Source: an uncultured Rhodobacterales bacterium
Lineage (GTDB): Bacteria; Pseudomonadota; Alphaproteobacteria; Rhodobacterales; Rhodobacteraceae
Direction: 5' to 3'
NCBI GenBank assembly: GCA_964384315.1
Contig: CAYLLD010000001.1
Span: 5,224 to 57,625, forward strand
DNA: 52,402 nt
The position numbers and the translations under genes were made by a program. The notes under the pieces were generated by a model. It was not told where the DNA came from. It did no database searches and saw only the letters and a list, made by a program, of their open reading frames with translations. Shown here piece by piece: positions 24,423-32,827 of the stretch (position 1 is the stretch's first letter; each line of letters starts with the position of its first letter).

Positions 24423-25871
24423 TCACCGACCACCCGCTGGCAAAAACCTACGCACTTGCGCGATCATTGTTTGGCTATATTCACGAAGCTTGTCGTTAAA
24501 ATACAGACTTGCCACCACATAGACCAAAGGAATGAGACAGGCCAAAAAGAAGCGAATGGCGAGACTGTCTGTCCAAACGCTCAGTGCTATAAGCCCCAAC
24601 CCCATCGCGCCCAACGCATATCCGTAACTGCCCAAGCCGGTGTCGATGGGAATAGGTTTTCCGCGACGCAGCTGGTAAATACACAACATAAAGGCAACGG
24701 CTTCGCCCAGTGTCAGGGCAATCCCGACACTAACCAGCCCACCACCCATTTTTAGCGCAACGAAGGCCATGATTATGCCACTGACGCGCATGCCCTCGGC
24801 GTACATAAGCGATTGTGTATTCGCGAAGGCCAAGAATGCATTGACCATGCGGGTCCGCATAAAACGGATGGCACCAGCAATGGATGCCCAGCCCAACAGC
24901 AAGACGGACGAGACATAGGCATCCCCGAAAAACAGGCTGATTAAATCAGTACCCAAAAGGATCAACGGCACAAAAACACCCACGGCCATGACACTTGTGA
25001 CATGACCCATAAGATCATAGCGCCATTGAAACCCGCCTTGATCGTTCTGCACATCCGACATCAACGGCAAGGTCAGCGATGAAATCACCCGGGTCAGCAT
25101 CCCGCTTGGCATAGCGACCAGCATCATGACCACCGCGTAATGCGCAAGCTCCAGCATCCCCAATTCCGACCCGACAAGGAACCGATCCGCCTGCGTCGCC
25201 AGCATCAGCACGATGCCGTTGATCATAATCGGCCAGCCGAACTGAAGCGCAGACATCATGTAGTCTCGGTTCGGTTTGATCTCATATTTGCGCTCAGCCA
25301 TGTAATGCGTGGTCAGAACGAGCGCCGTCGTTTGGAAGATCACCCCCCAAAGCATGGCAATGTAATCGCGGGTCAGATAGGCCACGACGACGCCAACAAT
25401 CAGGCCAATAATCTGCGACGCAAGATGGGCCATAATCTCGACAGAAAAATCCATTTTGCGCTGCACACGGTACATATCCATGTGGATAAAGGCCCGGATC
25501 AGCGGCGAAACCGACAGAATTTGATAGGCAAACTTCGCCTCGGGGATGCCGAACAGATTAGCCAGCCAACCTGCACTAAAATAGAGCAACACCGCCAAAA
25601 GAACGCCGCGCACCAGCGAGAACGTCACCACTGTCGATTGATAGAGCGGGTCGTCCCCGTTTTTGTCGCGAACAATCGCCTTGCCGAGTGAGAAATCAGA
25701 CATCAACTCAAGCGCGGTGGTTGTCACAGCAAAGGTTGACGCAATCCCAAAATCTTCGGGAAACAGCAGCCGCGCAATAATCATGTTTCGCAAAAACGAA
25801 AGGAACTGTATCGCAAGCTGGCTCGCAAAAAGCGTAACCCCGCCGCGCAAAATTCGATCTACATTACTCAC
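24423..25871 (-). CDS. Wzx-type oligosaccharide flippase (MOP/polysaccharide biosynthesis protein family)
   Basis: 482 aa with ~12-14 TM segments. The N-terminus, LFASQLAIQFLSFLRNMIIARLLFPEDFG, is typical of PST-family flippases. GTG start. Confidence 0.8.
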   Translation of the reverse strand: MSNVDRILRGGVTLFASQLAIQFLSFLRNMIIARLLFPEDFGIASTFAVTTTALELMSDFSLGKAIVRDKNGDDPLYQSTVVTFSLVRGVLLAVLLYFSAGWLANLFGIPEAKFAYQILSVSPLIRAFIHMDMYRVQRKMDFSVEIMAHLASQIIGLIVGVVVAYLTRDYIAMLWGVIFQTTALVLTTHYMAERKYEIKPNRDYMMSALQFGWPIMINGIVLMLATQADRFLVGSELGMLELAHYAVVMMLVAMPSGMLTRVISSLTLPLMSDVQNDQGGFQWRYDLMGHVTSVMAVGVFVPLILLGTDLISLFFGDAYVSSVLLLGWASIAGAIRFMRTRMVNAFLAFANTQSLMYAEGMRVSGIIMAFVALKMGGGLVSVGIALTLGEAVAFMLCIYQLRRGKPIPIDTGLGSYGYALGAMGLGLIALSVWTDSLAIRFFLACLIPLVYVVASLYFNDKLREYSQTMIAQVRRFLPAGGR

Positions 25872-26177
25872 ACAAAAACCCTAAGCTGCGGCCGCATCGA
25901 TGCACTTATTGATGATGCTTCTTGTTGATTCTGAGGCTTTTACCCAATCCGAAAAGCATTAGATACCAAGAACACTAAGAAACCGGTATTAGAGCCCAGA
26001 TATCGGCCAAGTTTATGCCACCAGTTGTGGCGGCATCACTAACCCATATTAGTTTGCAAAGAATGTCGCTTGTTTTTCGGTGCGACGATTTCGATTGCGG
26101 GCCGCTTCGGGCTGGACGCGGATCGGCAAAACACTATCGTGGCATTATCGGTTCGGTCACATCATGGGATGGCTATC

Positions 26178-28472
26178 ATGTCGAAATTCGGTGTCAGTCA
26201 GAGCGTTCGGCGCAAAGAAGATTTCCGCTTCACCACTGGTCAAGGGCGTTACGTCGACGATATCGCGCCCGCGAACGCGCTGGTGGCGGTGTTTTATCGC
26301 GCGCCGGTGGCCCATGCGATCATCAAAAATGTCGGCATCGCGGACGCTGCGGCTGCGCCCGGTGTGGCCCTCGTGATGACGGCGGCCGAGTTCAGCGCCA
26401 ACGCCACCAACACCATCAATTATTCCGTGCTATCCGATGGCACAAAACGCCCCTCATCTTCGGCAGCGCGGCCCGTTCTGGCCAGCGGCAAAGTCCGTTT
26501 TGTCGGCGAGCCCGTGGCCATGATCGTCGCCGATACGTTGGCGAATGCCAAAGCTGCAGCCGAGCTGATCGATTTTGACTACGAAGACCTGCCCGCCCAT
26601 GTCGCTTTGGCCGCAGGCGGTGCCCAGATCCATGACGATGCGCCGGACAATGTGGTTTATGACTGGGAATTTGGCGACAAGGCCAAGACCGAAGCAGCTT
26701 TTGCCACCGCCGCCCATACCACGCGCATCGAAGTTGATGATAACCGCGTAATCGCCAACGCGATGGAGCCGCGCGGCTGTTATGGGGAAATGGAGAACGG
26801 CCGTCTGCACGTCTGCGTCAATGGTCAGGGCGTTTGGGGCGATCGCGACGAACTAGCTGAGAAACTGGGGATGGACCGCACGCAGGTGCGCGTGACCAAC
26901 CCTGATGTGGGCGGCGGGTTCGGCATGAAGTCCTTCATGTACCCCGAAACCCTCGCCGTCGCCGATGCCACACGCCGTCTGAACCTGCCTGTGCGCTGGA
27001 TGAGCGAACGCGGCGAAGGCATGCTGACCGACAACGGCGGGCGCGATCTTGTGACCGTGGCCGAGGCCGCTTTTGACGCTGATTACCGCCTTCAGGCCGT
27101 GCGTTTCGACACAATCGCCAATATGGGCGCCTATAACTCGGGCTTTGCGCAGTTCATCCAAACCGAGCTGCAGCTTAAGGTTCTGACCGGGGTTTACGAC
27201 GTGCAGACCGCCTATTATTCCCAGATCGGGGTCTATACCAATACGACCCAAGTCGATGCCTATCGCGGTGCTGGTCGGCCCGAGGCGATCTATACCATAG
27301 AGCGGTTGATGGACACTTCCGCGCGTGTTCTCGGGCAGGATCCGATTGAATTGCGCCGCAAGAACTTTATCCGCAAGGACCAGTTCCCCTATCTTTCAGT
27401 CACGGGCGAGACCTACGACGTTGGCGATTTCGACCGTGTACTAGATCGCGCGATGATCGAGGCGGATGTGGCCGGTTTCCCCGCGCGCAAGGCGGCTGCG
27501 GCCAAGGCTGGCAAACTGCGCGGCCTTGGGCTTTGCTATTACATCGAATCTATTCTTGGCGATCAGACGGAATCGACCAAGATCGAATACGCCGAGGATG
27601 GGATGGTAAATCTCTACGTCGGCACCCAATCAAACGGCCAAGGCCATGAGACGGTCTTTGCGCAGATCCTGAACGAACGCGCCGGCATTCCCTTTGAAAA
27701 AGTCCGGATGATCCAAGGCGACAGCGATCTGATCGCCAAGGGCGGCGGCACAGGGGGCTCTCGCTCGGTGACCATGCAGGGCAATTCGATCAACGCCACG
27801 GCGGATATCATGATCGAGAAATTCAAGCCGCTGGCCGAGGACGAGTTAGAGGCCGCGGCGGCGGATATCGTCTTTGAAGACGGCGCGTTTCGCATCGCGG
27901 GCACGGATCGGCAGATCGATATGATAACGCTGGCTGAAACCGCGCGGACCAAAGGCGCCGCGGACCTGCTGGTGACCCAGTTCGAAAACACCGTCCCCAA
28001 TCGCTCTTACCCCAACGGCGCACATTTGGCCGAGGTCGAGATCGACCCCGAAACCGGAACGACCGCCTGTGTGAAATACACTGTCGTCGATGATTTCGGC
28101 GTGCTGATGAACCCGATGCTCGCCGAGGGTCAGGTTCACGGCGGCGTTGCGCAGGGCATCGGCCAAGCGATCACCGAGCGGGTGGTTTACGACGAGGACG
28201 GGCAGCTTTTGACCGCCAGTTTTATGGATTACGGGATGCCGCGCGCCGATGACATTCCCAACATGCCATTCTTTGCGGAACTGACGCCTTCGACCGCCAA
28301 TGACATCGGCATGAAAGGCTGCGGCGAGGCGGGCACAGTGGGCGCGCTGGCCGCTGTGACCAACGCCGCGCTTGATGCGGTCTGGGATGCGGGCGTGCGT
28401 GCGGTGGATATGCCGATGACGCCGCTGTCGATGTGGGAACGGTTGCAGGCCGTGAAAACCGCCGCCGAATGA
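26178..28472 (+). CDS. Molybdopterin-binding large subunit of the xanthine dehydrogenase / CO dehydrogenase family, form-II CoxL-like
   Basis: Start MSKFGVSQSVRRKEDFRFTTGQGRYVDDI. The form-II signature AYRGAGR is at nt 27258-27278. The C-terminus has GMKGCGEAGTVGA. No FAD (CoxM) or 2Fe-2S (CoxS) subunit gene is adjacent. Confidence 0.88.
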   Translation: MSKFGVSQSVRRKEDFRFTTGQGRYVDDIAPANALVAVFYRAPVAHAIIKNVGIADAAAAPGVALVMTAAEFSANATNTINYSVLSDGTKRPSSSAARPVLASGKVRFVGEPVAMIVADTLANAKAAAELIDFDYEDLPAHVALAAGGAQIHDDAPDNVVYDWEFGDKAKTEAAFATAAHTTRIEVDDNRVIANAMEPRGCYGEMENGRLHVCVNGQGVWGDRDELAEKLGMDRTQVRVTNPDVGGGFGMKSFMYPETLAVADATRRLNLPVRWMSERGEGMLTDNGGRDLVTVAEAAFDADYRLQAVRFDTIANMGAYNSGFAQFIQTELQLKVLTGVYDVQTAYYSQIGVYTNTTQVDAYRGAGRPEAIYTIERLMDTSARVLGQDPIELRRKNFIRKDQFPYLSVTGETYDVGDFDRVLDRAMIEADVAGFPARKAAAAKAGKLRGLGLCYYIESILGDQTESTKIEYAEDGMVNLYVGTQSNGQGHETVFAQILNERAGIPFEKVRMIQGDSDLIAKGGGTGGSRSVTMQGNSINATADIMIEKFKPLAEDELEAAAADIVFEDGAFRIAGTDRQIDMITLAETARTKGAADLLVTQFENTVPNRSYPNGAHLAEVEIDPETGTTACVKYTVVDDFGVLMNPMLAEGQVHGGVAQGIGQAITERVVYDEDGQLLTASFMDYGMPRADDIPNMPFFAELTPSTANDIGMKGCGEAGTVGALAAVTNAALDAVWDAGVRAVDMPMTPLSMWERLQAVKTAAE

Positions 28473-28945
28473 GTAAAAGCCTAAAACGCGTGACCGCCGC
28501 CCTAGAAGCTTGCGGCATTCAGACCGAAATCCGGCACATCGAGGCCTCGACCAAGACGGCCCAAGATGCCGCCGACGCAATTGCCGTCGATGTGGATCAA
28601 ATCGCCAAATCGGTGATTTTTCGGGGCGAGACCAGCGATAAGCCCTATCTTTTCATCACCGCTGGGCGCAACCGCGTGGATACGACACTGGCCACCGCTT
28701 TGGCGGGTGAGCCGCTGGGCAAAGCCGATGCGGCCTTCATCCGCGCGACCACGGGGTTTGCCATTGGCGGCTGCGCGCCTTTGGGCGCGATTGCGCCGCT
28801 GGATGCATGGCTTGATACGAGGCTGACAGAGTTTCAGGCGATCTGGGCCGCTGCAGGCACGCCGCATCACATGTTCGAAATAGCGCCGGAAACTTTATCA
28901 GCCGCTGCAAGCGCCCCGGTTGCGGCCTTCACCCAAAAGCCCTAA
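28469..28945 (+). CDS. YbaK/EbsC/ProX-family aminoacyl-tRNA editing (deacylase) domain protein
   Basis: IAKSVIFRGETSDKPYLFITAGRNRVD...GFAIGGCAPLG. The start overlaps the upstream stop (ATGA). Confidence 0.8.
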   Translation: MSKSLKRVTAALEACGIQTEIRHIEASTKTAQDAADAIAVDVDQIAKSVIFRGETSDKPYLFITAGRNRVDTTLATALAGEPLGKADAAFIRATTGFAIGGCAPLGAIAPLDAWLDTRLTEFQAIWAAAGTPHHMFEIAPETLSAAASAPVAAFTQKP

Positions 28946-30105
28946 GGCGCGCGACCCAAGAAACGCAAAACAGACCGCGCCGCCGCGTCTTTGTCAGTGG
29001 TCAAAAGTGCCATGGTCTGTGCCATGGCAGCCTCTTGCGCCGGATCGCCGCCAAGCGCGCGCTCAAGCGCGGGAACAAGCTGCGCCGCGTTGCAATTCTC
29101 GAAGAAATACTCCGGCACAGCCATCGTGTCTGACACAAGATTGACCAAAGTGGCAGATTTTGCCTTGAACATCCGCTGCACGGTAAATTGGGTCACGGGG
29201 GCCATCTTATAGCCAATCACCATGGGTGTATTTTGGCGCGCCAGTTCGAGCGATACGGTCCCAGAAGCCGCCAAAGCCGCATCGGCCGTGGCAAAAGCTG
29301 CAAATTTTCGGCGCTCTGCAGCGCTGGCCGATAGCCCACTGGGATCAAGCACATGGACGCGCGGCAGATCAAAGTGAGCCGATACCGCCGCCGCTACATG
29401 CGCCGCTGCCGGGACAATCACCTCAAGATCAGGCCGCTTTGCAGCCAGAGCCGCTACAGCTTCGGCAAATACCGGGCCGTGCCGCTTCACTTCACCGCTG
29501 CGCGAGCCAGGCAGAACACATAGAACGGGCGCAGATGCCCCAATCCCCAAATCCGCGCGCAGGGCCGCGCAGCTTTCAGCTGTTGCAACGGGCAAATTCG
29601 CCACCGGATGACCCACAAAATCGCAACTCATCCCAGCCGCTTCCATGTAAGGCGGCTCGAAGGGTAACAAGGCAAGCACATGATCCACCTGCTTGGCCAT
29701 CTTTGCTGCCCGGCCCGGACGCCAAGCCCACACAGATGGGGCCACGTAGTGCACTATAGGGAGTTCCGGCACTTGGCGTTTGACCGCCTTGGCCACCCGC
29801 AAACAAAAATCAGGGCTATCAATGGTGATCAGGACATCCGGTGCCTGAGCAACCACCGCCTTAGCAGTTTCGCGTATCCGGCGCAGCAGATTAGGCAGTT
29901 TTGGCAAAACTTCGGTTAGGCCCATCACCGATAGGTCTGACATGTTAAACCGCGAGGCCAAACCCGCCGCAGTCATCAATGGGCCGCCAATGCCATCGAA
30001 ACTCACACCCGTGGCCTTGCGTTTCAAACCCTCCATCAAAGCGCCACCTAACGCGTCGCCCGAGGGTTCTCCTGCGATGATGAATACCTTGAGTGGCGGT
30101 GTCAT
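28942..30105 (-). CDS. lpxB: Lipid-A-disaccharide synthase
   Basis: KVFIIAGEPSGDALGG..., HYVAPSVWAWR, LPGSR. The ATG at 30105 overlaps the lpxI stop (ATGA). Confidence 0.92.
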   Translation of the reverse strand: MTPPLKVFIIAGEPSGDALGGALMEGLKRKATGVSFDGIGGPLMTAAGLASRFNMSDLSVMGLTEVLPKLPNLLRRIRETAKAVVAQAPDVLITIDSPDFCLRVAKAVKRQVPELPIVHYVAPSVWAWRPGRAAKMAKQVDHVLALLPFEPPYMEAAGMSCDFVGHPVANLPVATAESCAALRADLGIGASAPVLCVLPGSRSGEVKRHGPVFAEAVAALAAKRPDLEVIVPAAAHVAAAVSAHFDLPRVHVLDPSGLSASAAERRKFAAFATADAALAASGTVSLELARQNTPMVIGYKMAPVTQFTVQRMFKAKSATLVNLVSDTMAVPEYFFENCNAAQLVPALERALGGDPAQEAAMAQTMALLTTDKDAAARSVLRFLGRAP

Positions 30106-30947
30106 AGCCCTGTGCCGGGACGGCGCGACCAAATGAAAATGCCAGCTTGGTCGGCGAGACGGATCACCTCGTCGCGCGCCAAGACAATCACCGCGTCGGC
30201 CTCAATCACGATGCCGCCTAAACCAGCGGCCACAACTTTTTCGACAGTTTTCGGGCCAATGGCTGGCAGATCGACACGCCAATCTTGCCCCGGCTTGGGC
30301 GCTTTAAAGAGCACGCCCTTCACGCCCTTAGCGTCGGGCAAAACGGAGTCAGGCAAATTGGTGACGCTCTCAAGCAAACGGTCCGTGCCTTGGATCGCCT
30401 CAACCCCCAGACAAATGCCTTGCCCCACAATCGCCGCTTGCCCCACGTCCAACTCGCCCAAGGTTTTGGCAATATCGACCGCGCGAAGAATGTCCTCATT
30501 GTCATCATGACTTGGCTGGGCCTTAGTCAAAAAACCCGGACCAATTGTGAGATCATTTAGCACTTGATGGGCGGCAACCACCGCAAAGCCTTCGGCCTCA
30601 AAGGTGCTAACGATGACCTTTAGGGTCGCATCGTCGCCGCGTTTCAAAGCGGGCAGCAGCTTGGCCGAAAGCATGGCGAATTTCGCGTCAAAGCGCAGGG
30701 GGTTCAGCCGGGGGCGGCTCATTGCGCCAGCCATGACGACCGAGCCGCAGCCCGCGTCTTTCATAGCGCGAAACATGCTGCCGATTTTCTCGAATTCCGC
30801 CTCAATAACGGGATGCCCTTCGGTCCAGCTCAACGGGACGCCCTTGAAGCTGACGACGCGATAGGCGCGGCCACGCGATGCCGCATCTTCCGCAAGCATC
30901 TGGGGCAAAAGCCCCTGTCCGGCGATTATGGCAAGCGCGTCAGCCAT
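30102..30947 (-). CDS. lpxI: UDP-2,3-diacylglucosamine diphosphatase LpxI (DUF1009)
   Basis: LAIIAGQGLLPQ, DVGQAAIVGQG..GVEAIQGTD, and its position between lpxA and lpxB as in alphaproteobacteria. Confidence 0.88.
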   Translation of the reverse strand: MADALAIIAGQGLLPQMLAEDAASRGRAYRVVSFKGVPLSWTEGHPVIEAEFEKIGSMFRAMKDAGCGSVVMAGAMSRPRLNPLRFDAKFAMLSAKLLPALKRGDDATLKVIVSTFEAEGFAVVAAHQVLNDLTIGPGFLTKAQPSHDDNEDILRAVDIAKTLGELDVGQAAIVGQGICLGVEAIQGTDRLLESVTNLPDSVLPDAKGVKGVLFKAPKPGQDWRVDLPAIGPKTVEKVVAAGLGGIVIEADAVIVLARDEVIRLADQAGIFIWSRRPGTGL

Positions 30948-31740
30948 CGGGCTGGCAGAAGGCCCGGTCGCTGTTGCCCATCACAAAAGCCACCACTTCT
31001 TGCACGAGTTCGTTCTCGGCCTGGGCTTTGCCCACCGCCTGCACCCGTTCTTTAAAGGTGCCCTCTGAAGAGATAATCTCTTTGAAGGCCGCGCGTAGTT
31101 GCATCAGCTCGGTTTTGTCGACACCCCGCCGTTTCAAACCCACCAGATTAAGACCCGCCAGCCTAGCCGCGTCACCCATGACAGTTCCGTAAGGGATCAC
31201 ATCCGCCGAAACCGCCGAAAGCATACCAATCATCGCGCCGCGGCCAATACGGCACCACTGATGGATGCCCGCATGACCGCCAATCACAACATTATCAGCG
31301 ATGCTGACATGCCCGGCCAGCGACACATTATTGGCGATGACAACGCCATTGCCGACCTGACAATCATGGCCGACATGGACATTCACCATGAACAGGCCAT
31401 CGTCGCCCACGCGTGTCATCATACCGCCACCCTTGGTGCCGGGGTTCATGGTCACGCTTTCGCGGATCATGTTGCGCGCGCCGATCACCAATTCACTTGG
31501 CTCGCCTTCGAACTTAAGATCTTGGGGCTGATGCCCAAGGCTCGCAAAGGGCCAAACGACCGTTTCAGCCCCAATTCTAGTATGCCCCGCAACCGCGACA
31601 TGACTTTTCAGCTCTACCCCATCCCCAAGAACAACATCCGGGCCGATATGGCAAAACGGGCCGATCCGGCACCCCGCGCCAAGCTGGGCCCCGGCCTCAA
31701 CGACCGCTTGGGGATGAATAAAACTTGGTTCAACAGGCAT
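30940..31740 (-). CDS. lpxA: Acyl-ACP--UDP-N-acetylglucosamine O-acyltransferase
   Basis: Hexapeptide-repeat left-handed beta-helix (IHPQAVVEAGAQLGAGCRIGPFCHIGPDV...), plus a C-terminal helical domain with GLNLVGLKRRG. Confidence 0.93.
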   Translation of the reverse strand: MPVEPSFIHPQAVVEAGAQLGAGCRIGPFCHIGPDVVLGDGVELKSHVAVAGHTRIGAETVVWPFASLGHQPQDLKFEGEPSELVIGARNMIRESVTMNPGTKGGGMMTRVGDDGLFMVNVHVGHDCQVGNGVVIANNVSLAGHVSIADNVVIGGHAGIHQWCRIGRGAMIGMLSAVSADVIPYGTVMGDAARLAGLNLVGLKRRGVDKTELMQLRAAFKEIISSEGTFKERVQAVGKAQAENELVQEVVAFVMGNSDRAFCQPDG

Positions 31741-31746
31741 TTGTGC

Positions 31747-32211
31747 TCAAAGGTCCTCTGAGGCAATCATCATTGCGGTAAACTCGGCCTCGGCGACCAA
31801 TACACCATCAACGATGCCACGGCCCTTAAATTTCCAGACTTTCGCACCGCCGCGCACCACATCTACATGCAGTTCCAGCCGATCACCGGGGGTGACGGGT
31901 TTGCGGAATTTGGCGTTCTCGATGGACATGAAATAGACCATCATGCCTTTGTCGATCGCATCAATGGAGTGGATCACCATGACCCCGGCCGCTTGCGCCA
32001 TAGCCTCGACGATCAAAACACCGGGCATCACGGGCGCGCCGGGGAAATGGCCTTGGAAAAACGGCTCATTCATCGTCACGTTTTTGATGCCGACCGCGCT
32101 TTTGCTCGGCTCAAGATCAACGACCTTATCGACCAGCAAAAACGGATAGCGATGCGGCAACATCCGCATGATGTCTTGGATATTAATTACGACGTCTGAA
32201 CTGTCACTCAT
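31747..32211 (-). CDS. fabZ: 3-hydroxyacyl-ACP dehydratase
   Basis: [36 protein letters not shown]. Confidence 0.95.
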   Translation of the reverse strand: MSDSSDVVINIQDIMRMLPHRYPFLLVDKVVDLEPSKSAVGIKNVTMNEPFFQGHFPGAPVMPGVLIVEAMAQAAGVMVIHSIDAIDKGMMVYFMSIENAKFRKPVTPGDRLELHVDVVRGGAKVWKFKGRGIVDGVLVAEAEFTAMMIASEDL

Positions 32212-32238
32212 TGTACGATTTCCTTTGTTGCCGAGGGC

Positions 32239-32811
32239 CTATTCCAAGCCAGCGGCCTTGTCCATGCGTGCGATCACGTCGTTCGTAATGTCGACATTCG
32301 CTCCGGTAAACAGAACCGTGCGCTGCTCGAAGACCAACAGGGCGCTCCGCTCTTCCATGATCGCGGCGACAATTGGCACAACTTCTGCAAAAAAGGCTTT
32401 ACGCTTTGCTTCAAATTCAACGGCCAATTCTTCGGCGCTTCGGGCATCTGCCTGCCTAATTTCAACAACACGCGCGTCGAATGCTGCGGCTAGGCCTTCG
32501 AATTCTTTGGGATCAATCTCGGGTTTTCGCGCCGCCAAGTCGCGCTCTTCAGCCTCAAGCTCAGTTTCCAAAGCCCGGCCCGCTTCGTCGCGCTCGGCCT
32601 TGATCTGCTCTTCTTGTTGCAACAGCAGCTGGCCCTTTTTGCTATCGCGCAACAGCCGCTCTTGCGAGAGCACAAGAACACTTTGCGAAATAGCTGGGGC
32701 GAGGGGCAGGGGTTGCGCTGGGGCCTGAGGCGTCACGGTTTGGGCGGGAAGCATTGCCCCCGCCCAAACCATTCCTGAAACCAAAACCAAAAGGCGCAAA
32801 GTTTGCCGCAT
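32239..32811 (-). CDS. ompH: OmpH/Skp-family periplasmic chaperone
   Basis: Start reassigned to the ATG at 32811 (MRQTLRLLVLVSGMVWAGA, a signal peptide). The longer 350-aa ORF would overlap bamA. The body is coiled-coil and Glu/Ala/Arg-rich. Confidence 0.8.
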   Translation of the reverse strand: MRQTLRLLVLVSGMVWAGAMLPAQTVTPQAPAQPLPLAPAISQSVLVLSQERLLRDSKKGQLLLQQEEQIKAERDEAGRALETELEAEERDLAARKPEIDPKEFEGLAAAFDARVVEIRQADARSAEELAVEFEAKRKAFFAEVVPIVAAIMEERSALLVFEQRTVLFTGANVDITNDVIARMDKAAGLE

Positions 32812-32827
32812 CTTGGGGGCGCTCCCC

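Noticed and set aside
30-25871. PEP-CTERM, VPLPA-CTERM or similar sorting tails on any protein of the locus
   Set aside because: I inspected the C-termini of all ORFs listed. None has a Pro-containing motif followed by a TM helix and an Arg/Lys cluster. Only the doubtful 49-codon mini-ORF at 12791-12940 has a TM-plus-KKR end, and it lacks the motif.
27846-28580. 244-aa minus-strand ORF inside the CoxL-like gene
   Set aside because: An antisense shadow ORF with an Arg/His/Gly-rich translation.
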